This document shows positions 30,350 through 40,497 of a stretch of DNA of 64,000 nt, piece by piece (the first letter of the stretch is position 1; each line of letters begins with the position of its first letter). Below the pieces are notes generated by a model, which searched no databases, was not told where the DNA came from, and saw only the letters and a list, made by a program, of their open reading frames with translations. The DNA lies in contig CAYGTO010000005.1 of the NCBI GenBank assembly GCA_964352815.1, forward strand, positions 7,904 to 71,903. The letters are read 5' to 3'. The translations under genes were made by a program, and so were the position numbers. The stretch is from an uncultured Azospirillaceae bacterium (lineage in GTDB: Bacteria; Pseudomonadota; Alphaproteobacteria; Rickettsiales; UBA3002).

Positions 30350-32743
30350 TTACCCCGTAATCTTATTCCACCAACCGCTTTTTTTATCTTTCGGGTCTAG
30401 CTCCCCGCCATTTTCATTGGCGTGTAGCTCATGCGTTGGGTTGACGTAATGTGCTTCTTCAAGTGTCTCTTCTGCTACAGGCTCGGAGTAATCATTTTGT
30501 GTGTTTTTTGGAGCATCATCTGTACTTTCTTGAGATGAATCTGCCGCTTGATCATCATTATCTGATGTTTTGGGCTGATTCTCCTCAGATGAGTTGTCAC
30601 TATTCTCTTTTGAGCGATCACGTGAGCGCCGGTTCCGGCCACCACGATTGCCGCGTGAGCGACCTCTGCGACGCGAACGGCCCTCATTTTCTTCATCATC
30701 TGATTCTGATTCGGCATTGTCATTTGAAGAGGCTGACTCTTCGTCACTATCATCTGTTTCATCGCGATCTTCATTACGGTTACGACTATTACTGTGCTGT
30801 GGACGGTGACGCCCTTTACCACCACGACGACGATTCTTTTTCGCCTTACTTTCATCATGACCAACTTCGCTACCATCGTTACGGACTTTGATGATCCGGT
30901 AACCATTCGTGCTGATCGTATGATCAACAGTGATCACTATCTTCACATTATATTGCTCTTCAACCTGCTGGATCATCTCACGTTTATGATTAAGAAGGTG
31001 CAGCGCGGTTTCCGTGTTGGTGAATATTCGAAACTCTTTATATTCTTCCGTGCTCGCCTCTTTTTGAATGATACGGATCATCTGAATCACCACCGTATCA
31101 TTGCTCTTAATCGTTCCCATGCCGTTACAGTGCGGGCAGAGCAGGCCAGCAGTTTCGCTGATGCTAGAACGCAGGCGTTGACGCGAAAGCTCCATCAAAC
31201 CGAACATGGATAGCCGTGAAAGCTGAATCTTAGCGCGATCGACTTTCAGCGCATTGCGCAGCGTCTTCTCTACGATACGTCGGTTTTTGCCATAATACAT
31301 GTCAATGAAATCGATGACCACAAGGCCAGCAAGATCACGTAAACGAAGCTGGCGTGCAACTTCCTCTGCGGCTTCGCAATTCGTCTTGAGTGCGGTCTCT
31401 TCTACGCTTCGTTCGGTAGTGGAGCGCCCCGAGTTTACATCAATTGAGATCAACGCCTCAGTTGGGTGAATAACAATATACCCACCCGATGGAAGTTTTA
31501 CCTCTGGCTCATACATGCTGTCGAGTTGATTTTCGATGTCATACTCATAGTAAAGTGGTGTGTCGCCTTTATATCGTTTCACACGTGCCGCATGCGACGG
31601 CATAAGAATTTTCATAAAGGCTTTTGCATCTTTATAAGCCTCTTCACCATCGATAAGAACTTCTTCAATATCTGTAGTGTAGAGATCGCGAATCGATCTT
31701 TTGATCACGTCGCCTTCTTCATAAATCAAGGCGGGAGCGGTGGCCTGCATCGTATCTTCGCGGATTTGATTCCACATTTTAATGAGATAATCAAAGTCAC
31801 GACGAATCTCTGCGCGTGTTTTTTCTGATCCGGCGGTACGGATGATTGCGTTCATGCCGTATTTGTCTTTCAATTCGGCCATCATTTCTTTGAGCCGTTT
31901 ACGGTCTTCCCGGTTGGTAATTTTACGCGACACCCCGCCACCTTTATGGGCATTCGGCATAAGAACGCAGTAACGTCCTGGAAGTGAGATATACGTGCTC
32001 ATCGAACAGCCCTTATTCCCACGTTCCTCTTTTATGACTTGGACGAGCATGACTTGGTTGCGCTTAATGACTTCCTGAATTTTATAGCGACGAAAAGCGC
32101 GGCGTTTTGTGCCTCGCTTTTTAGACTCAACTTCGTCTTCATCATCACCGGTGATTGTCTCAACCTCATCCTCGTCATCTTCATCGATATCGTCGAGCGC
32201 TTCATATTCTTCGTCATCTGCGGGAGAAATTCCCTCGTTAGAGTTCGCATTATTATTTTCAGTGATCTCAACTTGTTCTTTGGCAGCGTCATCTTCTGAG
32301 TTGATAAAAGTCTCTTCGCTGTCTCCTTCAACTTCTTCAGAACGAGTTTCTTTGTCACGGCGGTTTAATCCACGACGGCGACCCTTGCGTTTCTCACGGC
32401 GTTCCTGTTCAGCTTCTTCACGTGCTTCTTCTTCAGCTTCTTCCGCTTCCGCTTCTTCTTCTTCTTCTTTAAGCAGGCGTTTCTTATCCTCTACGGGGAT
32501 TTGGTAATAGTCCGGGTGGATTTCTGAAAAAGGCAAAAAGCCTTGGCGATTGCCACCATATTCGACGAAAGCCGCTTGAAGTGATGGTTCCACCCGGGTT
32601 ACTTTCGCAAGATAAATATTACTTTTGATTTGTTTTTTTGCGGCGGTGATAAAATCAAAATCGATGATTTTATCATCTTCATCCGAGATGACGACACGCG
32701 TTTCACCCTCATTTTGGGCATCAATAAGCATTAGTTTAGACAT
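30350..32743 (-). CDS. rne: ribonuclease E
   Basis: S1 domain, ISIDVNSGR, a CPHCNGMG Zn-link, a long acidic/arginine-rich insertion within the N-terminal region and an R/D/E/S-rich C-terminal tail. Confidence 0.9.
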   Translation of the reverse strand: MSKLMLIDAQNEGETRVVISDEDDKIIDFDFITAAKKQIKSNIYLAKVTRVEPSLQAAFVEYGGNRQGFLPFSEIHPDYYQIPVEDKKRLLKEEEEEAEAEEAEEEAREEAEQERREKRKGRRRGLNRRDKETRSEEVEGDSEETFINSEDDAAKEQVEITENNNANSNEGISPADDEEYEALDDIDEDDEDEVETITGDDEDEVESKKRGTKRRAFRRYKIQEVIKRNQVMLVQVIKEERGNKGCSMSTYISLPGRYCVLMPNAHKGGGVSRKITNREDRKRLKEMMAELKDKYGMNAIIRTAGSEKTRAEIRRDFDYLIKMWNQIREDTMQATAPALIYEEGDVIKRSIRDLYTTDIEEVLIDGEEAYKDAKAFMKILMPSHAARVKRYKGDTPLYYEYDIENQLDSMYEPEVKLPSGGYIVIHPTEALISIDVNSGRSTTERSVEETALKTNCEAAEEVARQLRLRDLAGLVVIDFIDMYYGKNRRIVEKTLRNALKVDRAKIQLSRLSMFGLMELSRQRLRSSISETAGLLCPHCNGMGTIKSNDTVVIQMIRIIQKEASTEEYKEFRIFTNTETALHLLNHKREMIQQVEEQYNVKIVITVDHTISTNGYRIIKVRNDGSEVGHDESKAKKNRRRGGKGRHRPQHSNSRNRNEDRDETDDSDEESASSNDNAESESDDEENEGRSRRRGRSRGNRGGRNRRSRDRSKENSDNSSEENQPKTSDNDDQAADSSQESTDDAPKNTQNDYSEPVAEETLEEAHYVNPTHELHANENGGELDPKDKKSGWWNKITG

Positions 32744-33156
32744 GATCTCTCCTCTCTATCGAGGAATCGCCGATGCGCTAGCGTGACAAATAGATATGCG
32801 ATCGCCCACTTACGTCAGCGAAAAACACTCCAGGGGCGGGGTTAATGGCATATCACTATGATGAATCAAAAGAATCTCCAAAAAATCTGTCTATTTTGTA
32901 GGTGCTATCGCTTTCGAGCGTATCCTCAAATATGTTTTCTTCGTTATCACTAAAACAGCGTTCATCAATGCTTTAAACGCCACTTTATCAATTACTTATG
33001 TCAGGTGACTCATTTCACCTTATTAGCAAGCATAGCGACCAGAAACGGGAAATACAATGAAAATATGTGGTAGAAAAACTATATGAATGAGATTGTTAGC
33101 TATTTTCTGCTTGAGTGTTGACGATAAAGGCGATTGCTCGAACAGCGAAAATTCGT

Positions 33157-34374
33157 ATGATGAAAGCCATCATGATTGTCAGCCGTTTGTTTCATTCATT
33201 ATTTTCCGCATTATGGATGTACTGCGCTCTTATATCTACAGCTTATGCTATTGAAATTGTTTCGCTATCTTATGTCTCTGGCGAAGAGGAAGAGCAGCTC
33301 CTCATCGAGATGGATGACGTGTATCCGCCAAAAGCAGTTTTTACGCTCGATAACCCGCCGCGTGTTGTGATTGATCTGCCAGCGGTGGATAATCCAAATG
33401 CATTGAGTGCGCCAGATGTGGGTAAGAGTAAGCTTATCAAAGGCGTGCGCTTTGGGCAATATGACGCCACGACCATGCGAATTGTGTTAGATGCTAAAAG
33501 TGCAGCCATTGCAACGCATTCGCTTGAACCGTCGGCTAACCGTTTAGTGGTGAGCATTAGCCCGAAGCAGGGCGCCTATGCAACGAAAGCGGCAAAACGA
33601 TCGATTCGTGATGGCAAGATCGTTACTTCAAAGGATGTGAAAAAAAGTGTCTATGAAGCGTTAGAGGGTATTGTTATGCCGGAACCTAAGCCCAAGCGCG
33701 AACAGCGTAAGCCGCTCGTGGTGATTGATGCCGGCCATGGGGGGAAAGATACCGGCGCGATAGGTCCGAAAGGTCTGAAAGAAAAGGACTTAACCATGCG
33801 TTACGCGAAGGCGCTCAAGAAAGCGCTCGAGGATAGTGAAGAATTTCGTGTAAAGCTTACGCGGCAAGATGACCGCTATCTTCTTCTCAACGAACGTATT
33901 GAGGTGGCGCGCGGCTATGATGGTGACTTATTCCTCTCGCTCCATGCGGATGCAAACCCATCGCCTAGGGCGCGGGGGTTTTCGATTTATACATTGTCGG
34001 AAGAGGCATCGGATGACGAGGCGGCCGCGCTCGCCAAGCAGGAGAATAAGGCCGATATTTTGTCAGGTATGGATTTGTCGGTGGAAGATGAAGATGTCGC
34101 GAACATCTTGATTGATTTAGCGCAGCGCGAAACCAACAATAAATCGTCCGAACTAGCCGAGACGATTATCGATCACATGCCAAAAACGATTCGCGGCACG
34201 ACGAATACGCACCGGTTTGCTGGGTTTCGCGTGTTGAAAGCGCCCGATATTCCCTCTGTACTGATTGAAATCGGATTCTTGACCAATCGTCATGATGAAA
34301 AGCTGCTTCAAACTGAATGGTACCAGCAAGAGTTTGTTAAAGGCCTCGTCGCGGGCCTTAAAGCGTTTCGCTAG
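33157..34374 (+). CDS. amiC: N-acetylmuramoyl-L-alanine amidase (AMIN + Amidase_3 domains)
   Basis: VVIDAGHGGKDTGA and LSLHADA motifs. I preferred ATG 33157 (MMKAIMIVSRLF...AYA signal) over the GTG at 33115. Confidence 0.85.
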   Translation: MMKAIMIVSRLFHSLFSALWMYCALISTAYAIEIVSLSYVSGEEEEQLLIEMDDVYPPKAVFTLDNPPRVVIDLPAVDNPNALSAPDVGKSKLIKGVRFGQYDATTMRIVLDAKSAAIATHSLEPSANRLVVSISPKQGAYATKAAKRSIRDGKIVTSKDVKKSVYEALEGIVMPEPKPKREQRKPLVVIDAGHGGKDTGAIGPKGLKEKDLTMRYAKALKKALEDSEEFRVKLTRQDDRYLLLNERIEVARGYDGDLFLSLHADANPSPRARGFSIYTLSEEASDDEAAALAKQENKADILSGMDLSVEDEDVANILIDLAQRETNNKSSELAETIIDHMPKTIRGTTNTHRFAGFRVLKAPDIPSVLIEIGFLTNRHDEKLLQTEWYQQEFVKGLVAGLKAFR

Positions 34375-34436
34375 AGGCATGTGGGTCACTTTTTCTGCGC
34401 AGTTGTGATTCTTTCTTCCAATGCTATAGCTGTTCT

Positions 34437-37244
34437 ATGATTTTACACGCCGTCACGCAAAACCCTTCGTTACGCTTTATTGCGGGTATTGTCGGGATGT
34501 TTTTTATGATGGGTTTGGTAGGCGTCGTCGCAGTGGCGGGGCTGATTCATTACTACAATAAAGACCTCCCGGATTATCAGCAGCTCTCGGAATATAATCC
34601 GCCGATTGTGACGCGGCTTTATGCGGCAAATGGTGGTCTGCTTGCGGAATATGCGACGCAGAAGCGCATATTTGTTCCGCTGAACGCTATCCCAAAACAA
34701 CTTCAACACGCGTTTATTGCAGCGGAAGATAAGGATTTCTATGAGCATCCTGGAGTGGATATCCGTGGAGTCGCACGGGCCGTGCTTGAGAATGTCAAAA
34801 ATTATGGTACCGGACGAAGGCTCGTAGGGGGCTCAACGATTACGCAGCAAGTCGTCAAAAACTTTTTGCTCACCAATGAAAAATCGTTTGAGCGAAAAAT
34901 CAAAGAAGCGCTTCTCGCCTTTCGAATCAGTCGGGCTTATAGCAAAGAAAAAATTCTCGAATTATATTTGAACGAAATCTATCTCGGCCGAGGCTCCTAC
35001 GGGGTCGCTGCTGCGGCGCTCAATTATTTCGGTAAAGCGCTGAATGATTTGGAAGTGCAAGAGATGGCATTTTTGGCGGCACTCCCTCAGCAGCCCGCCC
35101 GGTTAGACCCCGATAAAAATTATGATGATGCTCTCACGCGCCGAAATTACGTGCTACGGCGAATGCATGCGGATGGTTATATTGATGCGGTCGCGCTTGA
35201 CAAAAGACTTGCTGAACCGATTACTACCGGAAAGATGACGCATGCAAATTTGGCACGGGGTGATTTCTTTGCCGAGGAAGTGCGCCGTACCCTGGCTGAG
35301 CAATATGGTTCGGATGTCCTCTATAAAGGAGGGTTGACGGTCCACACCACATTGCAGCCAGAGCTTCAACAATTTGCAGAGAATGCGCTGCGTAAAGCAC
35401 TTATAGATTATGATAAACGCCATGGTTACCGGGGTCCGGTGAATGCAATGGCGAGTGTTGATGGATGGCAGAAATCAGTGGCGCTAATGAAGAATGAGTT
35501 AACGGTTCCGCTATATGAGAAAGAAGATATTGCCGTAGTGCTTTCCACGTCGAAGGATAATGCAGAGATTGGACTGCCGAATGGTGAAAAGGGAAGCATT
35601 GCTCGTTCGGATACGACGTGGGCACGTAAGGATTTAGGTAATAATAAGCTTGGGGCATCCATCGCAAAGATGAGTCAGGTGATGGAAAAGGGCGATGTTA
35701 TTTTGGTGCGCGAAAAGGATGCTGATAAAAACACCTTTACGCTGCACCAGATTCCGAAAGTGAATGGTGCAATGCTGGTGATGGAGCCGCATACCGGCAA
35801 AGTGCTCGCGATGGTGGGTGGCTATAGTTACCAAAAAAGTGAGTTTAACCGTGCAACGCAAGCACGCCGTCAGCCGGGCTCTGCGCTCAAACCATTCGTC
35901 TACTTAACGGCGCTAGAGAACGGGTTTACGCCAGCGACAATTGTCATGGATGGTGAGATCGCAATTGAACAAGGGCCAAACAAGCCACTCTGGAAACCGC
36001 AAAACTATGGCGGCGATTTCTTAGGGCCTACCACGCTGCGCATGGGCCTTGAGAAGTCGCGTAACACGATGACGGTGCGTCTTGCTCAGATGCTGAGTTT
36101 GAACCGGGTGATTCGTCTCGTGAAGCGTTTTGGCCTCTATGATGATCTACCTCGTAATTTTTCAATGGTGCTAGGGTCACAAGAAACGACTTTGCTGAGG
36201 CTCATTAATGCGTATTCGATGTTCGTGAATGGCGGCCATGAAGTCAGTCCAGCACTGATCGAGCGGATTGATGATCGCGAAGGGAAAATTGTCTATCGCC
36301 GTGACACACGTGATTGCCAGAAATGTCAGGTAGACCTGACTCAGCCGATTGTTAGCCCAGAGCCTCCTCTTGTCCCAGATAACCGCCCACGGATTGTCGA
36401 TGAGCGAGTGGCTTATCAAATCGTATCGATGCTTGAAGGTGTGGTTCAGCGCGGTACTGGTGTCCGCGCGCGTCAGATTGGAAAGCCCGTAGGCGGAAAA
36501 ACTGGAACGACGAATGACAGCCGCGATGCGTGGTTTGTTGGTTTCTCGCCCGACTTGGTGGCGGGGGTGTTTATTGGTCATGACACGCCGAAAGGTTTGG
36601 GCGACAAGGAAACGGGCGGGCGCGTCGCGCTGCCAGCATTTGTGAATTTCATGAGCAGTGCGCTCAAAGATCAGCCAGAACGCCCATTCCGTATCCCGCC
36701 TGGGATTCAGCAGGTGCGTATTGAGCGCAAAACAGGCATCCCGGCCTATTCTTCTTATGACCCAAACGCGAAGATTATTACGGAATCCTTCATCACGGAT
36801 TATGAAAGCCTTTTTCGTCCAGAGTCTGATGGCGGTGATGGCATTAAGGCCGACCCACCAGTGATTTATGCCGATGATGAAATTGAAGAGCTTTGGCATG
36901 CGGGTGATGATTATGATTTCGAGTATGAAGATAATGGGAACTACACCGTGCCTCCCAACCCCTATGTGAACGAGCGTTACGGGGATTATACAGGTTCGCA
37001 GCAACCTGGGTCGCGCGCACCACAAACGGGCGGAGCAGGGGGGTATCCCAATGATTATGACCCGCGTAATCAGCGGCTGGGTGTGCTAAATGGAGAGGAT
37101 GAGCGCCGTGTGCCCCAAGGCAACCCTTCGTTCCAAGATAACTCGGAGAATCTCTACCAGCTCCGCCAAGCTGAGATCGATGAACGTGAACGCCGTGACC
37201 AGCAGGGCAATCAATATCAGGGCGGAACCGGCGGATTCTATTGA
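34437..37244 (+). CDS. mrcA: penicillin-binding protein 1A (bifunctional transglycosylase/transpeptidase)
   Basis: EDKDFYEHPGVD glycosyltransferase motif, plus SALKP (SxxK), SRN and KTGTT transpeptidase motifs. About 130-aa low-complexity Q/G/N/D/Y-rich C-terminal tail. Confidence 0.9.
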   Translation: MILHAVTQNPSLRFIAGIVGMFFMMGLVGVVAVAGLIHYYNKDLPDYQQLSEYNPPIVTRLYAANGGLLAEYATQKRIFVPLNAIPKQLQHAFIAAEDKDFYEHPGVDIRGVARAVLENVKNYGTGRRLVGGSTITQQVVKNFLLTNEKSFERKIKEALLAFRISRAYSKEKILELYLNEIYLGRGSYGVAAAALNYFGKALNDLEVQEMAFLAALPQQPARLDPDKNYDDALTRRNYVLRRMHADGYIDAVALDKRLAEPITTGKMTHANLARGDFFAEEVRRTLAEQYGSDVLYKGGLTVHTTLQPELQQFAENALRKALIDYDKRHGYRGPVNAMASVDGWQKSVALMKNELTVPLYEKEDIAVVLSTSKDNAEIGLPNGEKGSIARSDTTWARKDLGNNKLGASIAKMSQVMEKGDVILVREKDADKNTFTLHQIPKVNGAMLVMEPHTGKVLAMVGGYSYQKSEFNRATQARRQPGSALKPFVYLTALENGFTPATIVMDGEIAIEQGPNKPLWKPQNYGGDFLGPTTLRMGLEKSRNTMTVRLAQMLSLNRVIRLVKRFGLYDDLPRNFSMVLGSQETTLLRLINAYSMFVNGGHEVSPALIERIDDREGKIVYRRDTRDCQKCQVDLTQPIVSPEPPLVPDNRPRIVDERVAYQIVSMLEGVVQRGTGVRARQIGKPVGGKTGTTNDSRDAWFVGFSPDLVAGVFIGHDTPKGLGDKETGGRVALPAFVNFMSSALKDQPERPFRIPPGIQQVRIERKTGIPAYSSYDPNAKIITESFITDYESLFRPESDGGDGIKADPPVIYADDEIEELWHAGDDYDFEYEDNGNYTVPPNPYVNERYGDYTGSQQPGSRAPQTGGAGGYPNDYDPRNQRLGVLNGEDERRVPQGNPSFQDNSENLYQLRQAEIDERERRDQQGNQYQGGTGGFY

Positions 37245-37277
37245 CAATATGTCGCTAACTGCCTACCACCCACCATT

Positions 37278-38388
37278 ATGAAAGCCGAAATCAAAACCTT
37301 GTCGGATGATATTCAGCAAAGCCTCGCCTTGCTGAGGAGGTATCTTTGACTGGGAGGTGAGCCTCACAAAGCTCGACGAACTAAACGCCAAGGCGGAAGA
37401 CCCTGATCTTTGGAATGATCAGGCGAAAGCGCAATCGATATTGAAAGAACGCACGGCGCTTGAAACGATGATCAACGGCGTGCGCAGCCTCGAATCGGAA
37501 CATGAGGACGCCATTGCGCTTGCGGAATTGGGTGAAGAAGAGGGAGATCAAGACTCGGTTAATGAGGCTGAGGCGATACTCCAGAAGACACTTGAAACGT
37601 CCAAGCGCCTCGAAATTGAATCACTCCTAGCCGGGGAAGCGGATGCGAATAACTGTTTTGTGGAATTTCATCCCGGTGCGGGCGGAACGGAGAGCCATGA
37701 TTGGTGCAGTATGCTTTACCGGATGGTGCTGCGCTGGGCTGAGCGTCGTGGGTTTAAAACAGAAATTGTCGAAGAACAGTCGGGCGAAGAGGCGGGTATT
37801 AAATCGGCCACCATCAAGATTGTTGGCCATAATGCCTATGGCTGGACGAAGACCGAATCGGGAACGCACCGCTTAGTGCGCATCTCGCCGTTCGATTCTG
37901 CGTCGCGCCGCCATACCAGCTTTGCAAGTATCTGGGTATATCCCGAGGTAGATGATAATATCGATATCGATATCGATGAATCTCAGGTGCGGGTGGACAC
38001 CTATCGGGCGTCGGGCGCGGGTGGTCAGCATGTGAACAAAACCGATTCTGCGGTGCGATTGACCCATGAGCCAACCGGCATTGTCGTGCAATGTCAGAAT
38101 TCACGCTCGCAGCATGCGAACCGGGCCGAAGCGTGGAAGATGCTGCGCGCGCGGCTCTACGAGAGAGAGCTTCAGCTACGCGAAGATGCGGCGGCGGCGG
38201 AGCAGGCGAGCAAAGGCGATAATGCTTGGGGCCATCAGATTCGCTCCTATGTGCTGCACCCGTATCAGATGGTGAAGGATTTGCGCACGGGGGTTGAGAC
38301 GGGGAACACACAAGCCACGCTCGATGGTGATTTGGACCCGTTTATCTTTGCCGCGCTCGCCGATCGGGTTGGTGGGAAGGAGGGTTAG
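37278..38388 (+). CDS. prfB: peptide chain release factor 2, made by programmed +1 frameshift: join(37278..37346,37348..38388)
   Basis: Frame 0 reads ATG 37278 ... AGG AGG TAT CTT TGA (stop at 37347-37349). The +1 frame continues GAC TGG GAG GTG AGC... into the 343-aa ORF, which carries SPF (RISPFDS) and GGQ (SGAGGQHVNKTDSAVR). Confidence 0.95.
37335..37350 (+). promoter_or_regulatory. prfB autoregulatory +1 frameshift site
   Basis: AGGAGG-tat-CTT-TGA-C: an internal SD-like element 3 nt before the slippery CTT and an in-frame UGA followed by C. This is the canonical arrangement. Confidence 0.9.
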
Positions 38389-38783
38389 GGTGTCGGCCCT
38401 TGCCGTGCGATGATCGCTTCCGCGTCTTTTTGGATTCGATCTATACCAGAGCGGTCATAATCATCTGTTTCTTTAGGGATTTTGACGCAAAAATTGAAAT
38501 GGCCCATTTGAGCAATGCCTAAAGGGTTTTTATCAATTAATTTTCGATTGATTCCATAATGCGTGCATAGCTCTTCTTTTAACCCGGTTACTTCATGTGA
38601 TAGTGGTCTGTACGTTCGTGAACTTTTAGGAACGAAGCCTATGTAAAGTGTAATATATCCAGCATTGTTATGTTGTTTGATTGTTTGTGATTGCAGAGCC
38701 GTGAAGTCATGTTGTGCCATGAAATCAATCAGTAAATTTTTCAATCTACCTTTTGATTCTGGCGCATGTACTTTGATTGCCAT
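38385..38783 (-). CDS. hypothetical protein (132 aa, AT-rich orphan)
   Basis: An ORF between prfB and mnmA whose 3' end overlaps the prfB stop by 4 nt. No recognisable motif. Confidence 0.4.
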   Translation of the reverse strand: MAIKVHAPESKGRLKNLLIDFMAQHDFTALQSQTIKQHNNAGYITLYIGFVPKSSRTYRPLSHEVTGLKEELCTHYGINRKLIDKNPLGIAQMGHFNFCVKIPKETDDYDRSGIDRIQKDAEAIIARQGPTP

Positions 38784-38840
38784 AATCCTAACTTTCGTTA
38801 ATAATTGACTTTGTTATAGAAATAGTGTCTGAATAAGTCA

Positions 38841-39995
38841 ATGGAAAACCAACAGAAACAACGTATTGTTGTCGCCATGTCGGGCGGAGTGGATAGCTCT
38901 GTCACCGCCGCATTGCTGCATGAGCAAGGCCATGAGGTGATTGGCATCACGCTTCAGCTTTATGACCACGGCGCGGCGGTGGGTAAGAAGGGCGCCTGTT
39001 GCGCGGGGCAAGATATTCATGACGCAGCACGCGTATGTGAAACATTAGGAGTTCCGCATTACGTATTGAATTACCAGGATAAGTTTAAAGAATCAGTGAT
39101 GGATGATTTCGTCGAGACTTATCTTGCGGGAGCGACTCCGATTCCGTGTGTGCGCTGTAATCAGACGGTGAAATTCAAAGATTTGCTTCAAACTGCGCGT
39201 GATCTTGGCGCCGAGTGTATGGCGACAGGGCATTACATTCAGCGGGTTGTCGGTGACGATGGGCGTGCGCAGCTTCATCGCGGCGCGGATCATAGTAAAG
39301 ATCAAAGCTATTTCCTGTTCGCAACCACACAAGAACAGCTTGATTTTCTACGTTTCCCGCTCGGCGGTATGAGCAAAGACGAAACCCGGGCACTTGCGAC
39401 GAAATATGGGCTGTCGGTAGCAGATAAGCCGGATTCTCAGGATATTTGTTTCGTGCCCACGGGCGGTTATGCGAAAGTGATCGAAAAGCTGCACCCTGGC
39501 GCGAGTGAGCCAGGCGAGATCATCCATCTGGACGGCACGCGGCTAGGGATTCATCAAGGGATTATCCATTACACGGTGGGCCAGCGCCGTGGTTTGAACA
39601 TTGGCGGCACGATGGACCCGCTCTATGTGGTGCGCGTGGATGCAGAGAAAAAACAAGTGATTGTGGGGCCCAAAGAGGCGCTGGCGGTGGAATCCTTCGT
39701 GATCCAGGAACTGAACTGGCTGGGCGATGTCCCTTTAAATGGTCGGAGCGATGAAGTGATGGTTAAGATGCGTTCGATGCAAAAGCCTGTTCCGGCCTAT
39801 ATCGAGCCCATGGAAAACGGCAGTGCGCGCGTGATTTTGAAAACACCCCAGGAAGGAACCGCGCCTGGTCAGGCATGCGTGTTTTATGATGGGGAAAGGC
39901 TTTTGGGTGGCGGCTGGATTATTGCGCAGCGTCAGCAGGTTTCTCTTCTTCCTCGTCAAGAAGAATCTCTTCACCAATCGAGCGGCGCCGCCTGA
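38841..39995 (+). CDS. mnmA: tRNA 2-thiouridine(34) synthase
   Basis: PP-loop AMSGGVDSS, with the catalytic Cys region PIPCVRCN and DQSYFL. Confidence 0.95.
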   Translation: MENQQKQRIVVAMSGGVDSSVTAALLHEQGHEVIGITLQLYDHGAAVGKKGACCAGQDIHDAARVCETLGVPHYVLNYQDKFKESVMDDFVETYLAGATPIPCVRCNQTVKFKDLLQTARDLGAECMATGHYIQRVVGDDGRAQLHRGADHSKDQSYFLFATTQEQLDFLRFPLGGMSKDETRALATKYGLSVADKPDSQDICFVPTGGYAKVIEKLHPGASEPGEIIHLDGTRLGIHQGIIHYTVGQRRGLNIGGTMDPLYVVRVDAEKKQVIVGPKEALAVESFVIQELNWLGDVPLNGRSDEVMVKMRSMQKPVPAYIEPMENGSARVILKTPQEGTAPGQACVFYDGERLLGGGWIIAQRQQVSLLPRQEESLHQSSGAA

Positions 39996-40494
39996 TTTCA
40001 GGTCCCCATTCTTCCATTAAATCTTTTTGTTGATCACGCAATCGTGTGACATAGGTCTTGTTTACGAATTCGATGAAAAACGTGGTGGCAAGGGGAGCGG
40101 CGGTAATTAAAAGCCATCCAAGTAGCGCCGAGCCATAAACAATGACCCATGTGTTGATGCTCGCCATCATGTTCATCACCATGGCGGGTGAGTTGCCTTG
40201 TAATATCAGATCAATCAGCAGAGGAATGAGCCCGGCTAAATTACACGCAAAGACTGTTTTGAATGGGCTTCGCGTACTCGACATCTCAATGAAATATGAA
40301 ATAATCGAAGGCATAAGGGCGATCAGAATAAAAATATACGTTATTTTGAGCCAAAAGATCAGCACCAAAGAGGCTGTCATGAACAAAAAGAAGTGTTTTC
40401 GGTTATGGCGCCTCTTACGTCTCAAATATGCTTTGCGCCGCTCCGCAATATCGTTCGTACGAGTTGGATCAACCTGATCTTGAAGTGAAGCCAT
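39919..40494 (-). CDS. hypothetical 4-TM membrane protein, operon partner of the pseudokinase
   Basis: 191 aa with a basic N-terminus ([16 protein letters not shown]), four hydrophobic segments and an acidic C-terminus ([14 protein letters not shown]). It begins 3 nt after the stop of the upstream gene. Its 3' end overlaps mnmA by 77 nt. Confidence 0.5.
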   Translation of the reverse strand: MASLQDQVDPTRTNDIAERRKAYLRRKRRHNRKHFFLFMTASLVLIFWLKITYIFILIALMPSIISYFIEMSSTRSPFKTVFACNLAGLIPLLIDLILQGNSPAMVMNMMASINTWVIVYGSALLGWLLITAAPLATTFFIEFVNKTYVTRLRDQQKDLMEEWGPEIRRRRSIGEEILLDEEEEKPADAAQ

Positions 40495-40497
40495 ATG

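Noticed and set aside
32744-33156. The long (about 370-410 nt) divergent region between rne and the amidase gene, considered as an RNase E autoregulatory 5' UTR.
   Set aside because: It is plausible from established RNase E biology, but I could not identify conserved leader hairpins by eye. Length alone is not evidence.
37953-37980. A DNIDIDIDE tract in prfB resembling the DIDIDID core of the RTX-like protein.
   Set aside because: This region of RF2 is normally acidic with alternating hydrophobic residues. The similarity is short and compositional, not evidence of exchange.
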